From the NCBI RefSeq assembly GCF_009914755.1, contig NC_060927.1: a DNA stretch of 64,000 nucleotides, one strand, 5' to 3'. A model generated the notes under the pieces. It ran no database searches, was not told the origin of the DNA, and saw only the letters and a program-made list of their open reading frames with translations. Positions 1 through 15,100 of this stretch are shown piece after piece. Position 1 is the stretch's first letter. Each line of letters opens with the position of its first letter. The position numbers and the translations under genes were made by a program. This DNA is from the human T2T-CHM13v2.0 reference genome, Homo sapiens.

Positions 1-116
1 ACTGTGGATGGACTTCACATGAGGAGAGCCCTGCTATGGAATGGCACTCAAGTGCTCTATTTTTCCACCCTCAGCTCTGACACATCTCTGACAGGAGGCA
101 AGCAGACACATGGTAC

Positions 117-471
117 TGAGGAGAGAGGCCATTTCTCTTACTGTCTCCTGTCTCTGAAGAGAATGAGGAAGTAAAAGCTGAAGAACAACAGGAATGAAGT
201 CAGTGGCAAGACCAACTGGTGCCACTGACCAGACCTGAGATTGAAAGATTAACCCTCCCCACCCCCGACTCTAACCACATGTGCTCTCAATCTATCACAA
301 CACTTTCACATGGACCCCTTAGAGTTGAAAGCCCTTTAAAGGGCCAGGAACTCTTTCTTTAGGGAGCTCGGTTCTTGAGATGCAAGTCGGCCAATGCTCC
401 CGGGGGAATAAAGCCTCTTCCTTCTTTAACCCAGTGTCTGAGGGGTTTTGTCTGCAGCTCATCCTGCTACA
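117..471 (+). mobile_element. Solo ERV1-class LTR (HERV-E/LTR2-related 3' end; subfamily uncertain)
   Basis: TG...CA termini; 4-bp TSD GTAC (113-116 / 472-475); AATAAA at 407-412; ends ...TGTCTGCAGCTCATCCTGCTACA like HERV-E-group LTRs. Confidence 0.8.
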
Positions 472-644
472 GTACAAGTTCCCCTGGAGTTTGTTTCTGA
501 CAGAGACACATCTCTGTGGCAGATGTCCCAATCCCTATGTCATAATGCAATTGTGAATTCAGAGCTCTCTCCTCACTCACGTTACTCATGCCAGACCTTG
601 GGAAGCAGAGAAATCAGGGCTAATGAACCATCTAAGGACAGGCC

Positions 645-662
645 ATGAGGGTTCGATTTTGT
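645..662 (+). CDS. IQCF2: IQ domain-containing protein F2, coding exon 1 (MRVRFC)
   Basis: gccATG start; donor GTAAGA at 663; joins exons 2-3 in frame to give 164 aa matching the recalled IQCF2 N-terminus. Confidence 0.85.
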
Positions 663-835
663 GTAAGAGACATGGCCAGATCTATTAGGTGGACCAGGAA
701 TGGGTGGGTATCTCCCTGGGCTTTACAGGACTTGAGAAAAGAGAGGATGTTAAAGTAGTAATTGTCTTTGTATAGAGCCATAGAGAGAAACAGTCTTAAC
801 TCATTTATGTATTTCCCATTTAATTCTGATGACAG

Positions 836-928
836 ACCAAAGGCAATTTAATTTTGGTTATAATTGAGGATGTTGAAGAAAGCATTGAATGGAAGACATT
901 GCAGAAGAAGAAACAGCAGAAAATCAAG
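836..928 (+). CDS. IQCF2: IQCF2 coding exon 2 (TKGNLILVIIEDVEESIEWKTLQKKKQQKIK)
   Basis: acceptor ...ttctgatgacAG at 835; 93 nt, phase 0-0; donor GTGAG at 929. Confidence 0.88.
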
Positions 929-1133
929 GTGAGAAGAATTCCATGTACTTAAGAGAAATCCAGAACATTTATAACTACATCATAAGGTGTAGGACTTTGC
1001 CTCTTATCAATCCAGGGTCTAATTAGGAGTCAACTCAATGTTGGCTCATTTTTCCTCCATTCTCTTCTCAGTCTGGGCTGTCTGGATCTGGGCCTGACTG
1101 AGATATTGAGAGTGATTGGAAAGAATGAAAGCC

Positions 1134-1400
1134 TTGGGAGGCCGAGACAGGCAGATCATGAGGTCAGGAGATTGAGACCATCCTGGCTAACACGGTGAAA
1201 CCCCATCTCTACTAAAAATACAAAAAATTAGCCGGGTGTGGTGGTGAGTGCCTGTAGTCCCAGCTATGCTACTCAGGAGGCTGAGGCAGGAGAATGGGTG
1301 AACCCGAGAAGCGGAGCTTGCAGTGAGCCAAGATCACGCCACTGCACTCCAGCCTGGGCAACAGAGCGAGACTCCTTCTCAAAAAAAAAAAAAAAAAAAA
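1134..1400 (+). mobile_element. 5'-truncated Alu (AluY/Sc-like) in IQCF2 intron 2
   Basis: Alu sequence starting at TTGGGAGGCCGAG; poly(A); TSD AAGAATGAAAGCC (1121-1133 / 1401-1413). Confidence 0.93.
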
Positions 1401-1966
1401 AAGAATGAAAGCCATCAAGAAATGCATAAGGCTGAGAGGTGAGAATGTGAGAACTTGGAATTAGAGAGTAGACTGTTCAAAATATGGAAAGACTTGGAGT
1501 AGAATATGTGGTCAGGGTATTGAAAACCTACCATAGTATCAAAATATGGTCATAGCAGACAGAAATCAGCCAGTGGTGGTTTGGGGCTGGAATTAGCAGA
1601 TAATTACCAGGCAGAAGGTTATGAGGCCTTTCCAAACCCAGTGAGCACCAAAGAGGTGAGTGTGACTAACAAGGTCCCACACATCCCTATTGCACCCTTC
1701 TAGTTACTAATGGTTTTTCCCTTGATCCATGCACTGCAGAAATAGTCTGCAGAAGAACTCTGTGACTCTAAGATTGAAGTGATGTGCCCACAGTGGCAGA
1801 GGAAGGTCACCACCAGGTCTGATGGCTCCTAGTCAGTGTCCTGCTAACTTCCCTGAATTCTGAGGAAGGGCTGTGTTTTGAGAGAGAAAATCCAGGCTCC
1901 TTCCAGGAAGATCCTAGAAGTTGGTGGCAGGAAGTTTTCTGACTGATCGCTCTTGTCTCTGCCTAG

Positions 1967-2350
1967 GAAAAACTTAGAATAAGAACAAAAGCAGCTGTAA
2001 AGATCCAGGCCTGGTGGCGGGGCACCCTGGTGCGCAGGACACTGCTGCATGCAGCCCTCAGGGCCTGGATAATTCAGTGCTGGTGGCGGATGACGCTGTC
2101 GAGGGTGCTGGAGAAGAAACGGCAGGCAGCTCTGATCGCCTACGCAACCAGAGAGAGGGCAGTGATCAAGCTCCAGTCTTTGGTCCGTATGTGGCGTGTC
2201 CGCTGGCGATACTGCCAGGTGCTCAATGCCATCTACATCATCCAGGGCCACTGGCAATGCCACAACTGCCAGACCTGCGCTCTCCTCCAGGGCCACTGTG
2301 TGGTCACAGCCACTCACCTGCAGTTCCACATTGAGATCATCAACTCCTAA
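1967..2350 (+). CDS. IQCF2: IQCF2 terminal coding exon with IQ calmodulin-binding motifs ([29 protein letters not shown])
   Basis: acceptor tcttgtctctgcctAG at 1966; same frame as ORF 2030..2350; TAA at 2348-2350; paralogous to the two other IQCF last exons. Confidence 0.93.
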   Translation, partial: EKLRIRTKAAVKIQAWWRGTLVRRTLLHAALRAWIIQCWWRMTLSRVLEKKRQAALIAYATRERAVIKLQSLVRMWRVRWRYCQVLNAIYIIQGHWQCHNCQTCALLQGHCVVTATHLQFHIEIINS

Positions 2351-2385
2351 GGGCTGGCAAGAAGGGCACTGTGTCTACTGTCCCT

Positions 2386-2391
2386 ATTAAA
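2386..2391 (+). terminator. IQCF2 polyadenylation signal ATTAAA
   Basis: 35 nt after the stop; GT-rich tract downstream (TGGTCTGGTGTGTCT); same aligned position as the hexamers in IQCF1/IQCF5. Confidence 0.7.
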
Positions 2392-3149
2392 GGTCTAACC
2401 TGGTCTGGTGTGTCTCATGGGCTCCCCCAGCTAATGGGATTCTTGAGACTTGGACCTTGCTGCCTCCTCTTCTCCCTGAGAAAGAATTTCAGTGAGGTTT
2501 GCCCCCTGTGTCCAAGGACCCTGTTTTGGACTGACAATGGCCATAGGAAGCCCCAGTCTGCTCTGATATATGACAGAGCCAGAAATCCCAGTTCCCATCC
2601 CCAGCCTTATTTTCTTCTCACCGGGGGATCTGGGAGGCAGTTGGGCTCCATCTTCCTGAAGATTCTGGGCACCTCTGCACATATGGATGGACTATTGGGC
2701 CCTGCTCTGTCAACCTAGAATCAAGGTCGGCTGGGGTTTGGGATGCCTCAGTTTCCTCTTTGGCAAGCACCTAGATGGAAAGGCAATATTTGGCTGATTC
2801 TCCTGGGAGCAATGTAGTGCAGCCCCAGGTGAAGGATAAGAGGCTGGCCTTACTGGTAGGTGGGGCTGGGGCTAGGCATGCTAATGATTAGGTGGTGACC
2901 CTAAGGACTAGTGGAAAACAGAAGTTTACAGAAGTTCATCTTTTCTCTACAATTTCCTCACTAGAACTCGTCTCCCCAAGGGCCAGGTGACAAACAGGGC
3001 TCCCTCTGATATTACCCCCACCCCTACTCTTATCTCAATTATTGGTGATTTTATCATTGGTCAGGATGACCCTACAATCTCCTCCATTCTAACCTCAAAT
3101 AAACCTTTTCTGCTCTTCTCAGCTATTCACTCCCACAGTCATACCAAAA

Positions 3150-3306
3150 CAATGCTATTCTATGGAACTTCTGTGATGATGGAAATCTCTCTCTATGCTG
3201 TCCAACATAGTAGCCACTAGCCACATATAGTTGTGGTGCACCTGAAATGTGCCTAGTGCAACTGAGGAGTTGAATTTTTTATTTTATTTTATTTAAATTT
3301 AAATAA
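3150..3306. mobile_element. MER3-like hAT DNA transposon fragment within L2-like sequence
   Basis: CTGTGATGATGGAAAT...TAGTAGCCACTAGCCACAT...CAACTGAGGAGTTGAATTT resembles recalled MER3. Confidence 0.6.
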
Positions 3307-4570
3307 TCATTGGACAGTGATGCTCTAGACCTCATCATCACCAATAATTGTACTATTGCTCAAATTGCTTTTTCTAATTTTCCATTCTTTGATTACTTTC
3401 TTCTTTCAGTTCACCTTTTCAATAACCCCAATATTTCTTCAGATATGATAAGGTCTTCCAGTTTATTGATGCTATCATTTTTTTACAGCCACCACCCCTG
3501 ACATGCTCTTGCATGTTTCTTTACCTAGTGCAGATTCCATGGTTAATTATCATCTCTCCCCTGCACTACCTCACTCCCTTGGCCCACTTTCTTTCTGCAA
3601 ACATGTATGAGATGAAGGCAACCGTCTCCCTGTTCCATGCCTACAGAATAAGGGAACATGGCTGGGACAAAACCAACAACCATGAGGCATGGTCTTCATT
3701 TATATTCATGACCACATATATCAACTGGACTAATTTCCCAATGAATTTATTTAGTATGTTTGCATTTATATTTTCCGAGTTGAATAATTTACACCACCTC
3801 CTCTCCAAATGTTTGTTATTTCGGTTGGAATAAATGGTGTCAGAAATGAAACCTGAAAAAGAACACTATTGGAAGGGATTGGCAATTCTTGGAACTGGTG
3901 TGCAGGACCCACTAGAGCCCTTTGAGCTCTCTGCTTCCAAGGCTTGCCTGTTCTTCCCTGTTGAGTCTTCTCTCAGGCTGAGCCTCTCTCTTTTTGGTAT
4001 TATTTGATATTATTTGGGATCTGGTTTGGATCACGCAACCTTAATAAAGACCATACATCTCTCCTTGAATGATAAAAAGACTTTTTGCCTTTTCTGGTAA
4101 GTTCTTTCTTGTATAAAGATGTGTGTCTTTCTGAATTGAGTACTCTTAGTTTCTACAGAATTTACAGTCAGCCTGTGAGGCATGTCTTTTCTGGTTTGTG
4201 GAACTCATTTAATATTTTGATCAGGATGCATAGGTTATAATTTTTGCAAACACTCTTATACTGGTTTCTTTTGATTTGGCTTAACTCTTTAGTTTCTGAA
4301 AATCTTCTGAAAGCAAAAACAAACATTCTGGATGGTGGGTGCAGGATGGCTAATTAAAAGCCACTAGGGCAGTCCCCACCATCTAAAGCACCAGCCTAAA
4401 CTCCTGAAGTTCCCTAACAGGATTTATAGAATTTTCTTTGCTCTTGAGAGATTAATAAGAAACAGAGTGGAATTCTCAAACATTAAGGCATACCAGGTTT
4501 TCTGGGACTCCAGCTGGCCGCATATTACAGCCCACTCTTGTGAACATTTTAAAATTGATGAGCAAAATTA

Positions 4571-4879
<309 letters not shown>

Positions 4880-5165
4880 TGATGAGCAAAATTAAATCAG
4901 CAAAAATTCAGAACTGAAATGATAAATATTCTAAAAGCCTGCAATTGTAAAGTTAACATGTAGAGTCTTCTAAGTTCTCTGTGCATTTTTTTCTGCCTAC
5001 TTTGAACCTGCTGACTTTTCTACTAGTGTTGAGATAAAACCTACTCCTTATGGCATTCTGGCCAAGTTTTTTTAAGCGTTAAAAGGCTTTCAAATTAATG
5101 ACTTTACAAATTATAACAGTTTCATAGTAACCAAAACTTAGACACCTTGTAGAACTATAAATTTA

Positions 5166-5470
<305 letters not shown>

Positions 5471-6118
5471 AACTATAAATTTAGGTTTGCCTGACTAATA
5501 ATTGCATATGGTAATGGAATGCTTAATTGAAAATTTAGTAATCTCAAGGAAAATATACTAGATAAATGTTTATAAAAGTTAGGCTCTCACATCAAACAGG
5601 TCAAAATCTTGAGTTCACAGCCATGCTATAAGGCATCTCTGTCCAGCATAAAAATTTTACTTTTTCGGCCACACAGAGGCCAAAGAGAAAAAGCTGGAAA
5701 AAAATTGCTAAAATCTTTCCCCTCCTGCATATGCTAATCAGGAAACCAGACCAGCAAACAAAAGATAGATTTGTTACTAGTTTAAGACTACTTGGAGATT
5801 TTGTTTTCCTTATACAATTCAGCCAGTCTTAGCTAAAATGTAAACCTGGAAAATTTAACCCTAAACTTTGAAATTTAAAAAGGACAAAAAGAAGGTAGGG
5901 GTGAAAGAAGCTTTTAAAAATCAATCTGCCATGGAAACTGCTTTCCCCAAAATTTTAGTTCACAGGCTTCATTAGAATACCTATAGGAAAAACAAAGTTA
6001 AGCCATATGAGTAGGTTCCTATTTTCTCCAAAATGTAATTTAGATCCAACTGTCTTTCATAAACCAGTGAGCTTGTGTTATTGTCTCATGAAAAAAATTC
6101 TAAAATGAAAGCTGTAGA

Positions 6119-6187
6119 TCTCTCTCTCTCTGTCTCCTTCTCTCTCTCTCTCTCTGTCTCTGTGTGTGTGTGTGTGTGTGTGTGTGT
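6119..6187. repeat. Compound (TC)n(TG)n microsatellite
   Basis: directly visible. Confidence 0.95.
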
Positions 6188-7211
6188 TTGGATGTGTTTA
6201 TGTAAGTATATATGTATTATATGTTTTGTCAACATGGTAAAATCTGACATAGTCATTCAGAAATCCCTTAAATTTGTTTTATTTAGATTGAATTAGGCAA
6301 ACGGGACTGTATATAAAATATATAGGAATTAACCCACATGATTTTTAGTTCCTGTGACTTAAGTAAATATTTAATAAATAAGCTAATTTTAAAATTGTTT
6401 GTAAAATTGTAAAATGTGTTCAAAATTGTCAGTATACATTTTTGCCTGGATTTACTGGTCAGTTTTATATTTGTCTCTAAAAGATGTTTAAGGTGTCAGA
6501 GTTTGACACAATAGTTACAGAACCATAAACCCAGCCTAAAACAGAATTTTCTTTGTTTGTGTAATTTTTTATAAATAAAACCAATTTAATATTGTTGGTT
6601 TAGTGAAAATAGCTGTATCTTCTGAATTACCAGCAAAATAGCCATATATTTAACTTTAAGGTTCCTACTTAGGTGAACACTTGATATTCACAGGCTATAA
6701 AAATGGTTAACAAGAAAATAATGTGAAATAATGACTAGTTTGTCTAATATTCCATTTCTTGTAAGTAATACAGGTAAGCACTAAAAATAAATAAGTAATG
6801 CAAATATAAGCTAGATAAATGCATATAAATGAACTTTTAATGTAATTTGATGTCTTAAAGTTATGTTAAATTAAATAATAGATACCCACTAAACATTTGG
6901 GTTATTTCCACATAAGACTAAAAAATACTAAAACAAATTGCTGAACATAAATATGAGTTTGTTCTTGGCTTCTTAAATTCTATAGAAAGCCTAAATATAT
7001 TTTAGACTCAATATACATTTTTAAACTATGGGGAAACATGTTTCTAAAAATTATAAAATGGTTCTCATTTATAAAATACTGATATGTGACAGACAATTCA
7101 AGGTTTCTTATTTCCAAGGTTTTTCACTACAATTTAAGTTTACTAAGAGTTAAAAATTCTAATTGATATATAATTGGCATGTAAAATGTGCCAAAAAAGT
7201 AAGATGTGCTT

Positions 7212-7287
7212 CATGTACCCTAAAACTTAAAGTATAATAAAAAAAGAAATAAATAAATAAAAAACCATTGACTTTTTAAAAATGGGA
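7212..7287 (+). mobile_element. Minimal L1PA 3'-end insertion with extra 3' sequence
   Basis: CATGTACCCTAAAACTTAAAGTATAAT plus A-tract; 19-bp TSD AAAAAAGTAAGATGTGCTT (7193-7211 / 7288-7306). Confidence 0.8.
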
Positions 7288-7509
7288 AAAAAAGTAAGAT
7301 GTGCTTTTGATCAGAAAAAATATATAAGAAAAACATTAAAATATGTTCTTTATTTTAAACTAAATCACCTAATTTTGAAGCTATTTAAAGATTATTTGAA
7401 AATATGAAACAAGATAGGAAGCAGTAAAGAAAGTTATGGATATGAAGATGTATTTTTGGTAATGAAGGTTAAAAAGAAAAGATAATATTTTTGTATAAAA
7501 ATCTTATGT

Positions 7510-7849
<340 letters not shown>

Positions 7850-7975
7850 TCAACATAATAAGGAGTATATGGGAAAAGCCCACAGCTAATAGTTGGTGGC
7901 AGCCAAAGCAACTTTATCTTGGATATTAATTCACCATGTTCACTTCCAATTAACCCCTGGTTCCAGGAATGCTTC

Positions 7976-8342
7976 TGATATGATTTGGCTCTGTGTCCGC
8001 ACACAAATCTCACCTTGAATTGTAAAAATCCCCATGTGTCAAGGGTGGGACCAAGTGTAGGTAATTGTATCATGGGGCAGTTTCCCCCATGCTGTTCTTG
8101 TGATAGTGAGTCTCACAAGATCCAACAGTTTTATAAGCATCTGGCATTTCCCCTGCTTGCACTCACTCTGTCCTGCCACCCTGTGAAGAAGGTGCCTGCT
8201 TCTCCTTTGCCTTCTACCATGATTGTAAGTTTCCTGATGCCTCCCCAGCAATGCAGAACTGTGAGTCAATTAAACTTCTTTCTTTTATAAATTACCCAGT
8301 CTCAGGTATTTCTTCACAGCAGCATAAGAACAGACTAATACA
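7976..8342 (+). mobile_element. THE1 (MaLR) solo LTR inserted into a MER39-like LTR
   Basis: TGATATGATTTGGCTCTGTGTC...AGACTAATACA; 5-bp TSD GCTTC/GTTTC. Confidence 0.88.
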
Positions 8343-8671
8343 GTTTCTAAGATTTCTACTTTATCTACTTTTACTGTAAATCCTTCCCTAAGGCAGATTC
8401 ACATAGCATTCTCACCTTTTCCTGAGGGGTTGGTTTCAATCATCCTACACATTCCTTCCCTGTGATAGATAAGCCCTGGGTCTGGAGGGTGATGGTGCAG
8501 GGATCCACCATCTTATCTTGCTGCTACCGGAGACACAGACACGGCTTCTGTTTGTAAGGCCATATTAAATGTTTCTTTCTAAGAAACTGGATTTGTCATC
8601 CTCTTTCTTCAACCTCTCAGTTTCCTCAGACTTTGGGGACAGGTTTGCATAGATCTGCTCACCACAGAACA
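8343..8671 (+). mobile_element. MER39-like ERV1 LTR, 3' part
   Basis: ends GGTTTGCATAGATCTGCTCACCACAGAACA, resembling the recalled MER39 terminus. Confidence 0.55.
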
Positions 8672-12030
<3,359 letters not shown>

Positions 12031-12059
12031 AAAATAAATCGTTAAAATGTATTTTAAAA

Positions 12060-12376
12060 GGTTGGGCACAGTGGCTCACACCTGTAATCCCAGCAACGTC
12101 AGAGACCATGATAGGAGGACTGCTTGAAGCCAGGAGTTTGAGACCAGCCTGGGCAACATAGTTAGACCCCCATCTCTACAAGAAATTTTTTAAAAATTAA
12201 CCAGGTGTGGTGGTGGGCATCTGTGGTCCCAGCTACTCAGGAGACTAAGGCAGCAGGAAAGAGTTGGAAGCTGCAGGAAACTGTGATTGAACCACTATAC
12301 TCCAGCCTGAGCAACAGAGCAAGACCCAGTCTCTATAAATGAATGAATGAATGAATGAATGAATGAATGAATGAAT
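12060..12376 (+). mobile_element. AluJ-like element with (GAAT)n tail
   Basis: Alu sequence; tetranucleotide repeat at about 12338-12375. Confidence 0.88.
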
Positions 12377-12693
12377 AGCAAAGGATGACACAGTCTTCCA
12401 TGCTGCACAACCACAGGGTGTTCCATTTACATAGTCTCCCTAGAGTTGGTTGACTTAGTGACCCTGAAACCCCAACTCTTCTACCTATGGCAGACATTGC
12501 TAATCAATCACAGGTCCTACTCATCTCAGACGGCTCTCAGAATCCTTCTCCACATGGAAACCAAGACAACCCCTGCTGATTCCTCACAGCTGACTTGTGA
12601 CATGCCTAGTATTTCCCATCATTATCTCAAACAATGACCTCCTGAAAATACATCTGATGAAGAGAGCTGGGGACACAGATGTAGCAGACCTGG

Positions 12694-13140
<447 letters not shown>

Positions 13141-13756
13141 CAAGAGAAAACAGACACACTCAGGGTATGCCAGGAAGGGGCCCTGATCCTCTATCAATGA
13201 TGGCTCCTTCCTCTAAAGTTCAGCACTGGGCAGGGCAACAGCTGAACCCAGGAGACCAGGTAGGTGTCCCCCCTCTGCCACCCACAGGTTAGTGGATGTG
13301 CTCACCTCACTTGACCTCTGAGTTTCAATGTCCCCATCTGCAAAATAGGTGTACATCTGCCCTAGCTACCTCATCCCATTTTCCATGGACCTTGCTGGCC
13401 AGTCTAGAGCAAGAACACTGTGACTTAGAGGTAAAAGAGCTGCCATCTACCTGGGATCCATGACTCTTCCCTTCAGAGCCCTCCCATCCGCTGAAGAAGT
13501 GGTGTCCTTTGCTCCTCCTGCCCTCTTTACTCTGACTTCAAGTCAAACCCACAAGCTGCTGTGTTCCTTCCTCCTCACCAAAGTGGTAACAGATTCCTCC
13601 ACCTCACACACATTGTGAACAGCTTGAACTTCAGCTATGCATGCATCTGTACAAACATGCACACTCCACACACTAACACACATTTTGCCCCTTGGTCCCT
13701 GCATTCCCCACAGTCCCCACTTGCAGCCCCCAGCCCTATATGGTCCGGGATCACAC

Positions 13757-13820
13757 TCCTCTGCCCCACTCCTGGCCACAGTCTCCACTCCGTATCTCAG
13801 CCAGACTCACATCTCTCCGC
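13757..13820 (-). pseudogene. Pseudo-exon homologous to IQCF1 exon 3
   Basis: collinear with 35762-35824 and both flanks; AG/GT retained; 64 nt versus 63 nt. Confidence 0.7.
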
Positions 13821-14129
13821 CTGACAAGAAAATGGGGGCAAGAGACAGCCAGTCCCCATTCATTCCAGCTCTGCATACCCTGACGTTTCACCCCAGTTTT
13901 TCTGGAACACCCTGATTGATGTCAGGTAATGAGGACAGGTGCCTGTTTCCCTCACTGAAGCCACTCTTTGTACAATAAATTACAGGGTCATAGATCTTTG
14001 AGTCACTCTGCTGGACCACAGGGGTCAGAGATGTCACTAGTTAAGGCTCTCTGGACCCAGCCACTCACGGAGTTGTGGGTAAGGGTGTGGCCTGGTAGGG
14101 GTGAGGGTGTTGGGGGTGGAGTCGCTTCC

Positions 14130-14219
14130 CTCTTCTCCCCTTTGTTCCTTCCAGCTCTGTTCTATCGATGTGATTTCATCATTATCTTTAATGATCATTT
14201 AAAACAGCTTGCCATCCTT
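14130..14219 (-). pseudogene. Pseudo-exon homologous to IQCF2 exon 2
   Basis: KDGKLF*MIIKDNDEI versus TKGNLILVIIEDVEES; acceptor tctgattccAG; donor GG instead of GT. Confidence 0.65.
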
Positions 14220-14489
14220 CTGGAATCAGAGTGTATGGGGGGAAATAGGGAAGAAAGTGAAAGGTGCTCTCCCACTGCTAGGTGCCAAGTCAAACACCAT
14301 TCTCACTGTTTCTAGACAGCTTCCTGGCTTTCTCTAGGACTTCAAACATGGAGGGGGGTCCTGTCATGAGTAACTGTGGGGAACTTACTCTCCCCTCAGA
14401 AAGCTAGTGTGGTTCTGACTGCCTCTTACAAAACATCTGACTGGGGACAGGTCGTAAAATTCGCACAGGTCTGGACTTTACTAAATTAC

Positions 14490-14493
14490 CCAT
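14490..14493 (-). CDS. IQCF5: IQCF5 coding part of exon 1 (ATGG)
   Basis: ccATGG|GTAATT; phase 1 matches the phase-1 acceptor at 13136; lies 86 bp from the promoter block shared with IQCF1. Confidence 0.75.
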
Positions 14494-14578
14494 GGTTAGG
14501 GGCTAGATGGTCCCATCACCCTCCGGCCCGCACTCCTCCGATCAGGACTCCAACAGGAAGAGTGGAGGAAGGGCGGGA

Positions 14579-14605
14579 CCTGTGATGTCATAAGGGCACC
14601 TGTGA
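14579..14605 (-). promoter_or_regulatory. IQCF5 proximal promoter block with CRE-like TGACATCA and E-box
   Basis: CCTGTGATGTCATAAGGGCACCTGTGA, identical to 42293-42319. Confidence 0.7.
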
Positions 14606-15100
14606 TGCAGGCACCAGGACAGCTTCCAGCATATGAGCCTCTTCTAAGGAAAACCTAGAAGACCCCAAGTACTGACCCATTGACACAAAGGTATATAATG
14701 CTGCTCATTAAAATCTGGCTGGTATTCATTAAATGCCTTTCAGTTCCTTTACACCCTGGTATTCCAAATAACTATTAGAATGGGTTTGCTCTCTATGTAC
14801 AGATATAGAAAAGTACAAGATTTCATAAGTGAATCAAATCAAGATGAAAGGCAAGGTGATCCCAATATAAACACACATTTATACACATGTGCTGTAAAGG
14901 CATTATCTTAAAAAGGGGGGATAGAAGGATGTACACAAAAACTAACAATATCTCTGATGAGGACGGTGGAATTGGAGGGACACGAAAAACTCCTTCACTG
15001 TTGCTAAGCCCCCTATGTCTGACCTATCTGCAGGTCAGTCTGTTTTTAGGCACCTGAGAGGACAGGACACACACAGGCCAGAAAACTCCTTGAGGCCCCC

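Noticed and set aside
1844-2329. 161-aa antisense ORF over IQCF2, with similar antisense peptides at 12763..13200 and 33896..34087
   Set aside because: Shadow frames of paralogous coding exons; similarity follows from the sense strand, and the frame is broken in IQCF1. An antisense lncRNA at IQCF5 is recalled from annotation but cannot be supported from sequence alone.
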